Assembly: GCA_002269645.1 (NCBI GenBank)
Contig: NIVC01001203.1
Span: 62,001 to 126,000 of the forward strand
DNA: 64,000 bases
Direction: 5' to 3'
Source of the DNA: Macrostomum lignano
Taxonomy: Eukaryota
Positions 45,972-58,449 of this stretch are shown here, piece by piece (positions within the stretch are counted from its first letter, which is position 1; each line of letters opens with the position of its first letter). The notes below the pieces were generated by a model. It had not been told where the DNA came from. It saw nothing but the letters and a program-made list of their open reading frames with translations, and made no database searches. The position numbers were made by a program, and so were the translations under genes.

Positions 45972-48900
45972 ATGCCGCCGAAGAAGTCTGCGGAAGATCG
46001 GCATAAAAGCGGCAGGAGCGGCTCGCCTGGGAAGAAGGGCAAAGATGGGTGAGAGATTTATTTTATTATTGGAATCATCATTAACGTATTTCTACAGGTA
46101 ATTAGCAGTTTTGACGCCTTTGGTTTTCCTAATTTGGCGCCATGGATTTCTCTAATCTGGCGCCAAGGATTTCAATAATTTGGCCCCATAATTTCCTCTA
46201 ATTTGGCGCCATTGATTCTTCTAATTTGGCGCCATGGATTCTACTAATCTAGCGCCAAGGATTCCCATAATTTGGCGCCATGGATTCCTGTAATTTGGCG
46301 TCATAATTTTCTCTAATTTGGCGCCATATATTTGTCTAATTTGGCGCCATGGATTCCTGTAATTTGGCGTCATAATTTTCTCTAATTTGGCGCCATATAT
46401 TTGTCTAATTTGGCGCCATGGATTCCTATAATTTGGCGCTATTGATTCTTCTAATTTGGCGCCGTAGTTTCCTCTAAATTGTCGCAATGAATTCTCCTAA
46501 TTTGGCGCCATCGATTCTTCTAATTTGGCGCCGTAGTTTCCTCTAATTTGGCGCCATGGATTCCTATAATTTGGCGCCATGGATTTTTCTAATTTGGCGC
46601 CATGAATTCCCTAATTTGGTGCCTTAAGATTCTGTTATCATTATTCCCAAATCTGTCTGTTCTCTTCATTCTTCTCTCCCTTCACGTCTTCCCCACTTTT
46701 TTACCCGCGCGTGAGCACATTTTGTAATTTTCGTACGTTGGATTTTTACTCAAATTTTTCTGGACGAAAAGAGAGAGAGAGAATTTTCTAAAGCGACCAT
46801 GACAACGGCAAAGTCTTTCCCATAGCAACAGAGAGCATGAAGGGGTGAGAGGAGGTAAGGGAGAGAGCCGGTGGCCTGTTGAGACAAGGCGAGACCAAGC
46901 GCTCAGGAAATGTACATCAATTGTAGCAGGAGGAAGTTTCTGTTCCAGCCCAGAATTGCAGCAAAGCAGGTGATAGAATTTTGCTTTTTTTCGCGGTCTT
47001 CCCTCTCCCTGTGCTCTCCTCTCTCCTGCCCGGGGAGGGGATGTTGGTAGGAAGGATTGGCTTTTATTTTAGCGTAAGGCTTGAGTACCAATGCTAAGTT
47101 TGGGAGGCTGTTGTAGCCATGAAGCAGAAAGGCGCTGCAGCCGGGACCAGCTCCAGAGCCAGCTCCAGGACCGGTTCCAGAAATGTGTCCTTCCGGGAGC
47201 AGAAATCGCCCAGCGGCCAGCATCCGCCATCGTCGAATGACGGTTCGTGGAGCGCTCGGTCTCAGGACGACCGGAGAAGGTGAGGGATGAAGCTGACAGT
47301 GCTCTAGGGCTGTGTAGCAACCGGACACTGAGGTGCAGCTTCTATCAAGGGCAGATTCTATCAGTGGTAGATTCTATCAGGGGTAGATTCTATCAGGGGT
47401 AGATTCTATCAGGGGTAGATTCTATCAGGGGCAGATTCTATCAGGGGCAGATTCTATCAGGGGTAGATTCTATCAGGGGCAGATTCTATCAGGGGTAGAT
47501 TCTATCAGGAGCAGATTCTATCAGGGGCAGATTCTATCAGGGGTAGATTCTATCAGGGGTAGATTCTATCAGGGGCAGATTCTATCAGGGGCAGATTCTA
47601 TCAGGGGTAGATTCTATCAGGGGTAGATTCTATCAGGGGTAGATTCTATCAGGGGTAGATTCTATCAGGGGCAGATTCTATCAGGGGCAGATTCTATCAG
47701 GGGCAGATTCTATCAGGGGCAGATTCTATCAGGGGCAGATTCTATCAGGGGCAGATTCTATCAGGGGCAGATTCTATCAGGGGTAGATGCTATCAGGGGT
47801 AGATTCTATCAGGGGCAGATTCTATCAGGGGCAGATTCTATCAGGGGCAGATTCTATCAGGGGCAGATTCTATCAGGGGTAGATTCTATCAGGGGTAGAT
47901 TCTATCAGGGGTAGATTCTATCAGGGGTAGATTCTATCAGGGGTAGATTCTATCAGGGGTAGATTCTATCAGGGGCAGATTCTATCAGGGGCAGATTCTA
48001 TCAGGGGTAGATTCTATCAGGGGCAGATTCTATCAGGGGCAGATTCTATCAGGGGCAGATTCTATCAGGGGCAGATTCTATCAGGGGTAGATTCTATCTG
48101 GGGCAGATTCTGTTTTAAATGGCCGATTCACGTGGTACTTGGGGGAAAAGCAGATTTCTCTACCTGTGCAGATCTCCTCACAGGAAACTGTAGTGGAGCA
48201 CAAAGGCCCAGCAATTGAAGCCAGGAAATCCTCATTCAGAATTTTCCCACTTTCATACACTTCTCGATACTCCTCCAACTCTGCCATTGACATTCTCTTC
48301 CGCCCCTCGGGCAATGGACAGAATAGAAATGTAGAAACGGCTTCTTCTACTGGGGGCCTTTAGGGTTATAAAAGCCAGCGATTCTGCTTTTAGAAGAGCT
48401 GACAGGGGCTTTAGCAGCAAAATTAAGCATTAAATGGACTCAACCAGAGCCAGCAGCCGGGCCACCACAGCTCGGAGTGTTGCAAGCAAGGTTGGTAGTC
48501 GGAGGAAGTCGGTGATTAATCCCAATGCCGCTTCCACAGCCGCTTCTAGCAGACTGGAACTGGCGCTGCAGCCTGAGACTGAGTCGTGAGTTCGAATCCC
48601 GAACACCTCGATTCTTCACAGGTCTTATTGGGGAGACCGCATATTGTCTCCATGTAGATTCTCCTCAGTTTACACTCTAAACACCCCTCAGTCTACTCTC
48701 TAAACACATCTCAGTCTGCACTCTAAACACCTCCGAAACTACACTCTAAACACCTCTCAGTCTACTCTTTAAACACCTTTCAATCTACACTCTAAACACT
48801 TTTCAGTCTACTCTTTAAACACCTCACAGTCTACACTCTAAACACCTCTCAGTCTACACTCTAAACACCTCTCAGTCTACTCTCTAAACACCTCTCAGTC

Positions 48901-51900
48901 TACTCTCTAAACACCTCTCAGTCTACACTCTAAACACCTCTCAGTCTACACTCTAAACACCTCTCAGTCTACTCTTTAAACACCTTTCAATCTACACTCT
49001 AAACACTTTTCAGTCTACTCTTTAAACACCTCACAGTCTACACTCTAAACACCTCTCAGTCTACACTCTAAACACCTCTCAGTCTACTCTCTAAACACCT
49101 CTCAGTCTACTCTCTAAACACCTCTCAGTCTACACTCTAAACACCTCTCAGTCTACACTCTAAACACCTCTCAGTCTACACTCTAAACACCTCTCAGTCT
49201 ACTCTCTAAACACCTCTCAGTCTACTCTCTAAACACCTCTCAGTCTACACTCTAAACACCTCACATTCTACTCTCTAAACACCTCCCAGTCTACTGTCTA
49301 AACACCCCTCAGTCTACTCTCTAAACACCCCTCAGTCTGCACTCTAAACACCTTTCAATCTACACTTTAAACACTTTTCAGTCTATTCTTTAAACACCTC
49401 TCAGTCTACTCTCTAAACACCTCTCAGTCTACTCTCTAAACACCCTCAGTCTACTCTCTAAACCTCTCCCCTAAAAGCAGATTCAGCAAGCATCGATCTC
49501 TCATGCTCCCAAAATTGCTTTTAATAGCATCTGCCATTAACGGGCACTGAATTTGCATGCAGCCTCATTTTCTTCATCCAGCAGCTGCGCAAGCTTCCTT
49601 TCTAGCAAAAACATCCTCAACTTCTCTAGATACAGTGAGCCTTGATATGTGTTTCTTTTTTTAAATCCCGGATGTTAAATCCATTATTCCCTAGTAACAA
49701 TAAATGCATACAATGGGCCGCGGTTTAGTATAAATCCAAGATCAAAGTCTGGGAGCAGAAATTGGGTGTCCCGGACACAACGATCCTGACATGGACATCA
49801 CTTCGGATGTCACCAAGAAGTTGCAGTCGAAAGCTGCCGCTGCAAGAAGTTCAGCAGCTGTGGCTGTCACCTCTGCGACATCGGGAAGTCTGAAAGATCG
49901 GCTGAGGAAGAATGGAGAGCTGCTGCCGCTGCTGCTGGCTGCCACAAATGGTGGTGGAGCGTCGGCTAGTCACCACAGCGGGTCGCGAGCTCCTTCGTTG
50001 CACTCCACCGCGGAGGAGGCCGCGATGACTTCGGCTGGGTTGGTAGCTAAGAACGATTCATGATTTATTAGTTAGGAATAGTGAAACAAGTAGTTTGTGA
50101 AGAGAATGGTAGATTTGGGAAGAGAATGGTAGATTTGGGAAGAGAATGGTAGATTTCTGAAGAGAATGGTAGATTTCTGAAGAGAATGGTAGATTTCTGA
50201 AGAGAATGGTAGATTTGGGAAGAAAATGGTAGATATGGGAAGCGAATGGTAGATTTCTGAATAAAATGGTAGATTTGAGAAGAGAATGGTAGATTCGGGG
50301 AGAGAATGGTAGATTTGTGAAGATAATGGTAGATTTGAGAATAGATTGGTAGATTTGGGAAGAGAATGGTAGATTTGTGAAGATAATGGTAGATTTGAGA
50401 ATAAATTGGTAGATTTGGGGAGAGAATGGTAGATTCGGGGAGAGAATGGTAGATTTGTGAAGATAATGGTAGATTTGAGAATAGATTGGTAGATTTGGAA
50501 GAGAATGGTAGACTTGTGAAGGAATGGTAGATTAGGGAAGAAAATGGTAGATATGGGAAGCGAATGGTAGATTTCGGAATAAAATGGTAGATTTGAGAAG
50601 AGAATGGTAGATTCGGGGAGAGAATGGTAGATTTGTGAAGATAATGGTAGATTTGAGAATAGATTGGTAGATTTGGGAAGAGAATGGTAGATTTGTGAAG
50701 ATAATGGTAGATTTGAGAATAAATTGGTAGATTTGAGAAGAGAATGGTAGATTCGGGGAGAGAATGGTAGATTTGTGAAGATAATGGTAGATTTGAGAAT
50801 AGATTGGTAGATTTGGAAGAGAATGGTAGACTTGTGAAGGAATGGTAGATTAGGGAAGAGAATGGTAGATTTTAAAAGAGATTGGTAGATTTGGGAAAAG
50901 AATGATAGATTTGGGAAGAGAACGGTAGATTTGGGAATAAAATGGTAGATTTGGGAAAAGAATGATAGATTTGGGAAGAGAATAGTAGATTTGGGAAGAG
51001 AATGGTAGATTTGGGAAAAGAATGGTAGAGTTGGGAAGAGAATAGTAGATTTTGGAAAAGAATGGTAGATTTGGGAAAAGAATGGTAGAGTTGGGAAAAG
51101 AATGGTAGAGTTGGGAAGAGAATGGTAGATTTGGGAAAAGAATGGTAGATTTGGGAAAAGAATGGTAGATTTGGGAAAAGAATGGTAGATTTGGGAAAAG
51201 AATGGTAGATTTGGGAAAAGAATGGTAGATTTGGGAAAAGAATGGTAGATTTGGGAAAAGAATGGTAGAGTTGGGAAAAGAATGGTAGATTTGGGAAAAG
51301 AATGGTAGAGTTGGGAAAAGAATGGTAGATTTGGGAAGAGAATGGTAGATTTGGGAAAAGAATGGTAGATTTGGGAAAAGAATGGTAGAGTTGGGAATAA
51401 AATGGTGGATTTGTGAATAAAATGGTAGATTTGGGAATAAAATGGTAAATTTCGGAAGAGAATGATAGAGTTGGGATGATAAACTCCCTCTCTTCAATCA
51501 ACATCATCGTTTAGCGCAATGCAGTTTCCCACCGCTGACCCGAGTCGCCTCACAGAACTCAATCCTTCCATCGCACAGTGTCTCCTTTCACATCCCTTTT
51601 GTGCTCAATCCGTAACCATTGACAACGAGGTGAGTCTAAATATCTTAGTACACCTTTCCCACTGTACTCTCAAATCTGAGCACATCCGCCTGTACACTTG
51701 AGCACTCATTATAGCGTTTCGACCCCCTCTAGCGAGGTATTTTATCCCCAGCTCCCAGAGATCCTAAACCTTGCCAAACTAATGAGTAAAGAAATGAGCT
51801 CTCAGTCGCAACACAGCAGTCAGCAGCCGGGTCAGGCGCCGGCTCCATCGGGTCAGAAACGCAATCACCGACCGAACCTGCCGCTGCCGGCATCGCCTCA

Positions 51901-54900
51901 GCCGTCGGAACCCATCGAGTGCGAAATTCTGGCTTCATCAATGTTGTATATTTGCTTATCGAATATTTTCGCCCTGCCAAAAACTAACCCTGTTCCAAAA
52001 CTGGCGCCTTCCAGTTCTAAACTGGCGCCTTCCGATTCTAAACTGGCGCCTTCCGATTCTAAACTGGCGCCTTCCGATTCTAAACTGGCGCCTTCCAATT
52101 TTGAACTGGCGTCATCCTATTCTGAACTGGCGCCATCCTATTCTGAACTGGCGTCATCCTATTCTGAACTGGCGCCATCCTATTCTGAACTGGCGCCATC
52201 CTATTCTGAACTGGCGCCATCCTATTCTGAACTGGCGTCATCCTATTCTGAACTGGCGCCATCCTAGTCTAAACTGGCGCCATCCTTTTCTAAACTGGCG
52301 CCATCCTATTCTGAACTGGCGCCATCCTAGTCTAAACTGGCGCCATCCTTTTCTAAACTGGCGCCATCCAATTCTAAACTGGTGCCTTCCTAATATAAAC
52401 TGACACCTTCCAATTCTAAACTGACGCCTTCTAACTCTAAACTGGCGCCTCTTTATTCTAAACTAGCGCCTTCTAATTCTAAGCTGGCGCCTTTCCAATT
52501 TAAAACTGGCGCCTTCCAATTCTGAACTGGCGCCAACCAATTCTAAACTGGTGCTTTTCTAGAAACGGCGCCATCCAATTCTAGACTAGCGCTTTCCAAT
52601 TCTAAACTGGCGCCTTCCAATTCTAAACTGGCGCCATCCAGTTCTAAACTGGCGCCTTCAAATTCTAAACTAGCGCTTTCCTAAAAAACGGCGCCATCTC
52701 AAACGTGCCTCATTTTCAACACATTTTCTGCTCAATTAAAAAAGTTGCCTACTAACAAGTAGTAAGTAGCCCGAGGCCTAAAAATAATAGCCATGTCCCT
52801 CTCTGCTGCAGAACTGGGTCTGACGCTAGTAATATTTTTCGCCCGAACTCAAAAAACACCACTAAGGCCTTACAATTATAGATAAGATAAATTAGTGGCA
52901 ATTGACTGACTGCTAGTAGGTCGGTCCGTTATCTCAAAACCTTGGCTGCGACGCCTCACACGGCACTGCGACTGTCTCTAATCTCGATTTACTCATTGCA
53001 TTGCAACAACCTGCCGACCAACCAAACCGATCTCTTCCATTGCAGAGGTCAGGGCGCCAATTCGCCGCAAGAGCCGAAAAAGCCAAAATTGTTGATTTGG
53101 CCTGAGTTCTCCGAGACTGAGATTAACAATGAGAAATGGGTGAGGAATTCTATGTGTTAATCTGATAGGGTCTGTAGTCTGAATTTTCTAATGTGGCGCC
53201 CTTTGAATTCCTAATTTGGCGCATTAAGATTTCTAATTTGGCGCATTAAGATTTCTAATTTGGCGCCCTTTTAATTCCTTATTTGGCGCCCTTTGAATTC
53301 CTAATTTGGCGCATTAAGATTTCTAAATTGGCGCATTAAGATTCCTAATTTGGGGCCCTTTGAATTCCTAATTTGGCGCCATTAGGATTTCTAATGTGGC
53401 GCCCTTTTAATTCCTTATTTGGCGCATTGAGATCCTAATTTGGCGCCATTTAGATTTCTATTTTGGTGCCATTAAGATTCCTAATTTGGAGCTTTTTGAA
53501 TTCCTAATTTGGCGCCCTTTGAATTCCTGATTTGGCGTAATAAGGTTGCGAAATTTGGCGCCATTAGGATTCCTAATTTGGCGCCCTTTGAATTCCTAAT
53601 TTGGCGCCCTTTGAATTCCTAATTTGGCGCCATTAGAATTCCTAATTTGGCGCCCTTTGAATTCCTAATTTGGCGCCCTTTGAATTCCTAATTTGGCGCC
53701 ATTAGGATTTCTAATGTGGCGCCCTTTTAATTCCTTATTTGGCGCCCTTTGAATTCCTAATTTGGCGCAATAAGATTTCTAATTTGGCGCCAATAAGATT
53801 CCTAATTTGAAGTTTTTTGAATTCCTAATTTGGCGCCCTATGAATTCCTAATTTGGCGCCCTTTGAATTCCTAATTTGGCGCCATTAAGATTCCTAATTT
53901 GGCGCCCTTTGAATTCCTAATTTGGCGCATCAAGGTGACTAATTTGGCGCCATTAGGATTCCTAATTTGGAGCCATTAGGATTCCTAATTTGGCGCCATT
54001 AGGATTCCTAATTTGGCGCCTTTCGAATTCCTAATCTGGCGCCTCCTTAATTTCCAATCTGGCGCCCTAAAACTCCATAATTACGAGCTAGTGATAACTC
54101 GCCCGTAATTTCTAATAGACCGATTCATATATAGGTCTATTTTATAAATTGTATATCAATTGTGTACCATTGCAACATTCAACCCACCCCCTTAAGAGGC
54201 GATATGTTGCGAAACGAGAATCAATTTTACAACCTGTATTCTCGTATTTCTGAAAGTTCTCCAACCGATTAAAACGTATCATATTATCATATCAGATAAC
54301 AGGTTGGCCAGTAAGGTAGACAGTTTAACATAGTCAGGCAGCCTAGGGTTTATCCTTATAGAATTTATACTTTAACCAATATGCTCATTTCTCATAACTG
54401 TGCTTGATGTTTCGTTACATGCAGCCTATTCACTACATTATGTATATATGCACAAAATCTTGCTTTCTTGTTAGTTCTTATAAGTGCGCGTGCATAGCGA
54501 GACTATAAAAAGCAGCAGGCACAGGTTCCATGTTCTCACGGGGAATCTCACCGTACTCAATATGATCTTGAGATAGCATGGTCCTAAAGATTACCCCTGA
54601 GTCAGCGCCTCTGAGACAGTGCTCCTGAGACAGCGCCATTAAGACCGCGCCCCAAAGACAGCGCCCCTGAGACAGCGCCCCTGAGACAGCACCTCTGAGA
54701 CAGCACCCCTGAGACAGCGCCCCTGAGACAGCGCCCCTGAGACAGCGCCCCTGAGACAGCACCCCTGAGACAGCACCCCTGAGACAGCGCCCCTGAGACA
54801 GCACCCCTAAGACAGCGCCCCTGAGACAGCACCCCTAAGACAGCACCCCTGAGACAGCGCCCCTGAGACAGCGCCCTTGAGACAGCGCCCCTGAGACAGC

Positions 54901-57900
54901 GCCCCTGAGACAGCGCCCCTGAGACAGCACCCCTGAGACAGCGCCCCTGAGACAGCGCCCTTGAGACAGCGCCCCTGAGACAGCGCCCCTGAGACAGCAC
55001 CCCTGAGACAGCACCCCTGAGACAGCGCCCCTGAGACAGCGCCCTTGAGACAGCGCCCCTAAGACAGCGCCCCTGAGACAGCGCCCCTAAGACAGCGCCA
55101 TTCATTTCAACTTCCCAACACACAAAAACTTATCGTCTTCTTTTTTCTTACTAATAAAACTATTTATTGCTTCAGAGATTCTTAAACTAATTTCGATGGC
55201 AATTAGTTCCATCTGCCCAAACACAGTGGGAAATATTGTCGCTTGTAAAACAACCAAAGAGAGTTTCTGTTCACAGCTGACTCAAAGAGAAAAATTAGAA
55301 AACCTGCGGAGCATACTATTAGGCCATAGCAACTGGCCTGCAGCAAACTTGATACAACAGACTCCATTTAACAAAGTCTTTGTTGCTATTCAAAACATGC
55401 CCTATCCTGCTGCCCGCTAGTCTCAATAGAAAAGAAATTGCAAGACATAGAAAGAGCCCACGCTGTTGCAGATTCTGGCTTTCTGCTTCTAAAATACCAG
55501 GCGGCTCAAGAATCAGACACAGAAGCAGAAACCAAAAAAATATAATTGATTGTTGCGAACACAAAAGACAGGCAGAAGACACGCGCTAGAACAGCCAGAC
55601 TTCACCGGTCAATATGATTCCTAAAATGGGAGGGTGAAGGGGTTGGTTTGGTGCCTGCGTGCTCGTGTGCTCAGCAAGGACTCGGGAAGTGCGGGGGCTT
55701 ACTGTCACAATAACTCCCTTCCCAGTTCCCACCCTTAGCCTTCCCAACAATGCCCACCCTCGCGCACTCACAGCCACGTGGCTGACTCAGCCAAATCCTA
55801 GCCCTCACAGTTCCCCCTCCAATTCCTAGCAGTTGCTTTTATATTTATTGTTCCCAACCCGACATTTCTAACAAGCTACGCGTTCTAATACTGGGACAAG
55901 GACTTTGGATAATTAGTATCTGGACTGATACAAGCTTTTTTTAGCTTTAGCAACCGACGATAACCAATATTACACCCCTGGATTACCCGATTCGGCGCCC
56001 CTAGATTACCCAATTTTGCGCCCCTAGATGACCCAATTTGGCGCCCATAGACTATCCAATTTGGCACCCTAGATTAACCGAATTCGCGTCCCTAGATTAC
56101 CCGATTTGGCACCTCTAGATTGCCCAATTTAGCGCCCATAGACTATCCAACCTGGCGCCCCTAGCCTGCCCGATTTGGCGCCCGTAGATTATCTTATTTG
56201 ACGCCCCTAGATTCTCCAATTTGGCGCCCTTCGATTCTCCAATTTGGTGCCCCTAGATTACCCAATTGACGCCCCTAGATTCTTCAATTGGCGCCCCTAG
56301 ATTACCAAATTTGGCGCCCCTGGATTCTCCAATTTGGCGCCCGTAGATTATCTTATTTGACGCCCCTAGATTCTCCAATTTGGTGCCCCTAGATTACCCA
56401 ATTGGTGCCCCTAGATTCTTCAATTTGGCGCCCCTAGATTATTCAATTTGGCGCCCCTAGATTATTCAATTTGGCGCCCCTAGATTATTCAATTTGGCGC
56501 CCCTAGATTCTTCAATTTGGCGCCCCTAGATTACCAAATTTGGCGCCCCTAGATTACACATGTTGGCGCCCGTAGATTATCTAAATTGGCGTAGATTACC
56601 CAATTCGGCGCCTATAGATGATGTAATTTTGCGCCTCAAGATTGTCAATCTGGCGCCCCTAGGAGAACGGCGCCTTTACCTATGCCTTTCAATCCAGATC
56701 ACAGCACAAAATCCAAAAAACACCAGACCCTGTCCACTCTGCTCTGACATTTTTTTCTGACATTAGCATGTGAAGGACGGGATAACAGCAAGCACGGTGT
56801 TATCGCATTAGACTGGGTTGAGGAGTGAGACCAACGTGCTGAGTCCGCCCGCCGTGCTACTGTCTTCCTCTGTTCTCCAAGCTGCCCAGTTCCTGGCATT
56901 GTGCTGTACCGGAGGCCCAGCATGCCTTTGTGACATCCAGATCTACACCTCCCCACCCCCCTACCTCCAGCGTACACACGGGGTGTGGTGGGTTGCGGAC
57001 TTGGGCTCAGGCGCGTGTGTTTTTTTCCTTCTGCGCAGCTGCGAATCTGCAGGAGGGGGGTTGAGTGAATGGGGGGGGGTGCGCGGCAGGACAGGGAGAG
57101 CGGAGGGGGGGGGTTGGTTGGGGGCGCCGTGAGTCTCCAGTTGCTGTGTAAAGGTGAGGCCATGCATGGCAGGGCGATTGTGTTCTGGAGGCGTTGCCCC
57201 GGGTTGGAGCGCATGTTGGCTGGGGTTGGGGGGGGGGGTTCGATCGTAGCTCCGGTCTGCCCCTCTCCGCAGCAAAACGGGTGAGCTTATAAAAGCTTAA
57301 CCAGCTCGCTGGTCTGCTATCGATTCAAGTCTGGAGTCATTTGTTTGAGTCAAAGAAAAACGGATTAGGCGACTGTAGAACCGAGGCTTCGAGAAGCCCC
57401 CCCCCCTGCGGGGCCACGGGGGTCTAGGTGGGGGCCTGCCCTCCCCCTTCTGACCCCCCATCTTTGTCAATTAATCTACTAGACAAAAAACATTTCAGGA
57501 CTCCGCCCATGGCGGCAAGGCCAAGGCGCCCGAGAAGGGCAAAGCACCTGTTGCTGTAAGTGCATGCGAATTTGCTTTGTTGACTTGATTCTCAAGTTCA
57601 ATCACTCTGCTCCCTTCACTCTGCTCCCTTCACTCTGCTCCCTTCACTCTGCTCCCTTCACTCTGCTCCCTTCACTCTGCTCCCTTCACTCTGCTCCCTT
57701 CACTCTGCTCCCTTCACTCTGCTCCCTTCACTCTGCTCCCTTCACTCTGCTCCCTTCACTCTGCTCCCTTCACTCTGCTCCCTTCACTCTGCTCCCTTCA
57801 CTCTGCTCCCTTCACTCTGCTCCCTTCACTCTGCTCCCTTCACTCTGCTCCCTTCACTCTGCTCCCTTCACTCTGCTCCCTTCACTCTGCTCCCTTCACT

Positions 57901-58409
57901 CTGCTCCCTTCACTCTGCTCCCTTCACTCTGCTCCCTTCACTCTGCTCCCTTCACTCTGCTCCCTTCACTCTGCTCCCTTCACTCTGCTCCCTTCACTCT
58001 GCTCCCTTCACTCTGCTCCCTTCATTCTGCTCCCTTCACTCTGCTCCCTTCACTCTGCTCCCTTCACTCTGCTCCCTTCACTCTGCTCCCTTCCCTCTGC
58101 TCCCTTCACTCTGCTCCCTTCACTCTGCTCCCTTCACTCTGCTCCCTTCACTCTGCTCCCTTCACTCTGCTCCCTTCACTCTGCTCCCTTCACTCTGCTC
58201 CCTTCACTCTGCTCCCTTCACTCTGCTCCCTTCACTCTGCTCCCTTCACTCTGCTCCCTTCACTCTGCTCCCTTCACTCTGCTCCCTTCACTCTGCTCCC
58301 TTCACTCTGCTCCCTTCACTCTGCTCCCTTCACTCTGCTCCCTTCACTCTGCTCCCTTCACTCTGCTCCCTTCACTCTGTTTTCTTCACTCTCCTCCCTT
58401 CAATGGGCT

Positions 58410-58449
<40 letters not shown>

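Noticed and set aside
48081-48314. Minus-strand ORF MSMAELEEYREVYESGKILNEDF with a possible donor
   Set aside because: Protein-like, but no compatible downstream exon or recognisable family; runs into a minisatellite.
56770-57440. G-rich segment that might be an LTR or other repeat fragment
   Set aside because: No TG..CA plus TSD boundaries or coding motifs established.
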